From: Azolla caroliniana
Lineage: Eukaryota > Plantae > Polypodiophyta
Assembly (NCBI GenBank): GCA_043228905.1
Contig: JBHGNT010000086.1
Coordinates: forward strand, 32,171-96,170
Direction of reading: 5' to 3'
DNA length: 64,000 nucleotides
Part shown: positions 61,722 through 64,000 of the stretch, in pieces
Numbering within the stretch: the first letter of the stretch is position 1
Layout: every line of letters begins with the position of its first letter
Made by a program: the position numbers and the translations under genes
Notes under the pieces: model-generated
Told to the model about the DNA's origin: nothing
What the model saw: only the letters and a program-made list of their open reading frames with translations
Database searches by the model: none

Positions 61722-63560
61722 CAGAATACATATATACCTTATTTGGATCTATTTCAATGCATATAGTTCTTCATAATAAGTAGTGTATATGGTAGGGTAA
61801 ATCCTTTCAATGGGATTCTGTAGTTGAGCATCGTATTAGGTTCATCCCTGGAAATAATGGAATCAAACACAACATGCCCAATATTATGTTTTACATGTAT
61901 TGACAATTTTAGCAAGTTCAAAGATAGTTAGTACTCATGAATTCTTTCAAACATTCTTGAAGCAAAGTGAGGTGTTCACTCCAAGTAGAGTTACAACATA
62001 CATCATAGATGTATAACTCTACCCCTTCTCTAAGGTCAAACGTAACTATATGGCATGCACCTCTTTCTTATGCCCTTAAAGTGTTTATTAGGTCAAAGGG
62101 CATTTGCGAATAAGAAAACATGCCTAATTCTATGGGAAAGGTTGTCTTATGTTGGTACTCTACGTCAACCATTATTTGCTTGTATCTAGAGAATCCATCT
62201 ATAAAACTATAAAGCCTCCTTTTTGTATTATTCATTACAAGAAATGTTCAATTTACAATATTAGGTAGTTATCACAAATAGTAGCCCACTCGGACTTGCA
62301 AAAATCGACACATATCTTGATTATCCCAATTTGTCTTCAAAACAAGAAGGATAAGAGACACACTTGATTATCCCAATTTGATGGTGCATCCAAGGGGTTT
62401 AACTATGCCAATCTTGAGCACTTTTTCAATTTTGTCTTCAACTTCTTGTGCATAGCAATGATAAATTGGTCTATGTCTTTCATTGACTAGTCTAACACCA
62501 ATGCGCATATCAAGGGGCACACACTTGTCTATGTAACTCCAAGTGAAGACTTCCTTGAACTCTCTTAGAGCTACTACTAAGGTTGTTTCTCCCTAACATG
62601 TTGAATATCAACTACGATGAAAATTGGTTCATGGTTCACATGTCCTAAGTTTATTTGTTTGAAAAGCTATGGAGAACTATTTGGGGTCCTTAGGCTTGTT
62701 CTAGAAAGTCAATGTTTTTATGTTGGATTTCTATTTAGATAATGTTTTTGCACCATCAATTTTCAAGGTTATATGATCAAATGGGGAGGGTTACTTGCAC
62801 TTCCTGTTCAACTGTGATGGACTCTTCAAGATCTCAAGCCTTTGAGACACGTCAAGATCTCTAATAGAATTGATTATGAAGAAGGCTTCACACGATGATG
62901 GGTGCTTATCATCCATTGTGACAAGTGTGTGGATCCCATTCATTGTGGACGATGTGCTCCTTATGGAGTTGTGCATTTGACCATGTGTACATTTCTTTAT
63001 TCTATTTTTGGGGGTTTCCCTAGTCTTACTTATGAACCTTCTAAGGATAGACTTGAAATAGGTAGGTTTCGCATCCATGTGCATGTAAAGTGAATTGTTT
63101 CCCAAGTCCATTTCCGAATGGTTAGAAGTGGTCATTCTAATAAACAATAGTACCCTATATTGTTTGATGATAATGTAACTACAAAGATGAGATTATGCTC
63201 AATATAATATATAACAAACTTTTAATCTTCCATCATTCCTTGTTGTGACTAAATGGATCCATTTCCCATCATCAATGTGATCCTTGTCATTGACATCTTT
63301 GGGCTTCTCCACTTTTATCACATGTAATGAAGGAGACAAACTATTTACTCTCAAGGATTGCATTTCGAGAATTGCAAATTGAATTTCCCCAACAAGGCCA
63401 ATGCAACGCATATTTTAGAGTGTTGCAATTCCAAAGGTCATTACTAAGTCATACGGGGTCATCTTCCTGATTGTGCGCTAATCGAGGGATTGGGGGCATC
63501 AATCCCTAATGGCAAAGACCAAGTCAAACTTCAACACATAAAAGCTCTTCGTCTCCGGTC
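60850..63560 (-). mobile_element. Highly decayed Ty3/gypsy (Athila/Tat-like) pol remnant
   Basis: Minus-strand fragments IIKICVDFCK and YSFIDGFSRYKQI...QHKTTF...MPF (about 62090-62330) match non-chromovirus gypsy RT. Protease-like fragments near 63000-63450. Many stops; boundaries approximate. Confidence 0.65.
61655..61718. repeat. (CT)n(CA)n compound microsatellite
   Basis: Directly visible. Confidence 0.95.
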
Positions 63561-64000
63561 CATGCAATGTGGAAGCTTTGAAGGTTTCTTTAGTTAAACT
63601 AAATTTAGCACACACCTAATCAATACTTTAATTAACAAATATGGTTGTCTTAATTAAATAGATAAATACTAGATAAGAAACATATATGATATGAGGCATC
63701 TCAACGAAATAGACAACTGCTAATAAACATCATGAATATCTCAAATAAATAGTGTAGAAAAGCTACATGGAGGAAAGTGGTTCTTAGTGGATGCAATGGG
63801 GAGAGAATGAGAACCAAAAGATGGCTCCAAAGTTGGGGCACCTCAATGCCCTTTTATTTGAGAGTGCTTGCCCTTGTATAAAAGTTGGAAATCATAAAAT
63901 GTCCTCTTGACATTACAAACCCATTACATAATAACTACAACCATATAATAAAGGGTAGTTCCCCATATACAATAACATGAAATGCTTCTTGTATACATTT

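Overview
Nuclear DNA of a land plant; the retroelement types and gene style suggest a seed-free plant such as a fern, which is inference only. There are three host genes: a 15-exon glycine decarboxylase P-protein gene (GLDP, +, 23588-29405), a convergent 4-exon 3-ketodihydrosphingosine reductase gene (TSC10, -, 35892-32447), and a plastid-type MsrA gene (+, 52744-55717) whose catalytic GCFWG motif is replaced by TGA plus a 25-nt deletion. Positions 1-9300 are a nest of retroelements: a gypsy pol remnant, two related tRNA-Trp-primed Ty3/gypsy elements, a copia remnant and a LINE remnant. The most unusual item is the Trp-primed gypsy at 2045-6928. Its Gag-protease ORF joins RT through a complete -1 frameshift signal (G_GAU_UUU, 7-nt spacer, H-type pseudoknot), and its LTR carries an antisense tRNA-Arg-derived Pol III A/B-box unit. 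Between TSC10 and MsrA lies a Mutator-like element with a decayed transposase and an intact 6-exon zinc-finger/Ulp1-protease gene, interrupted by a young intact copia. It is bracketed by a ~2.86-kb direct duplication with a fold-back junction. A truncated copia at 16168-18259 shows the same pattern of one intact end plus a long flank duplication. The right end of the window is decayed gypsy sequence.
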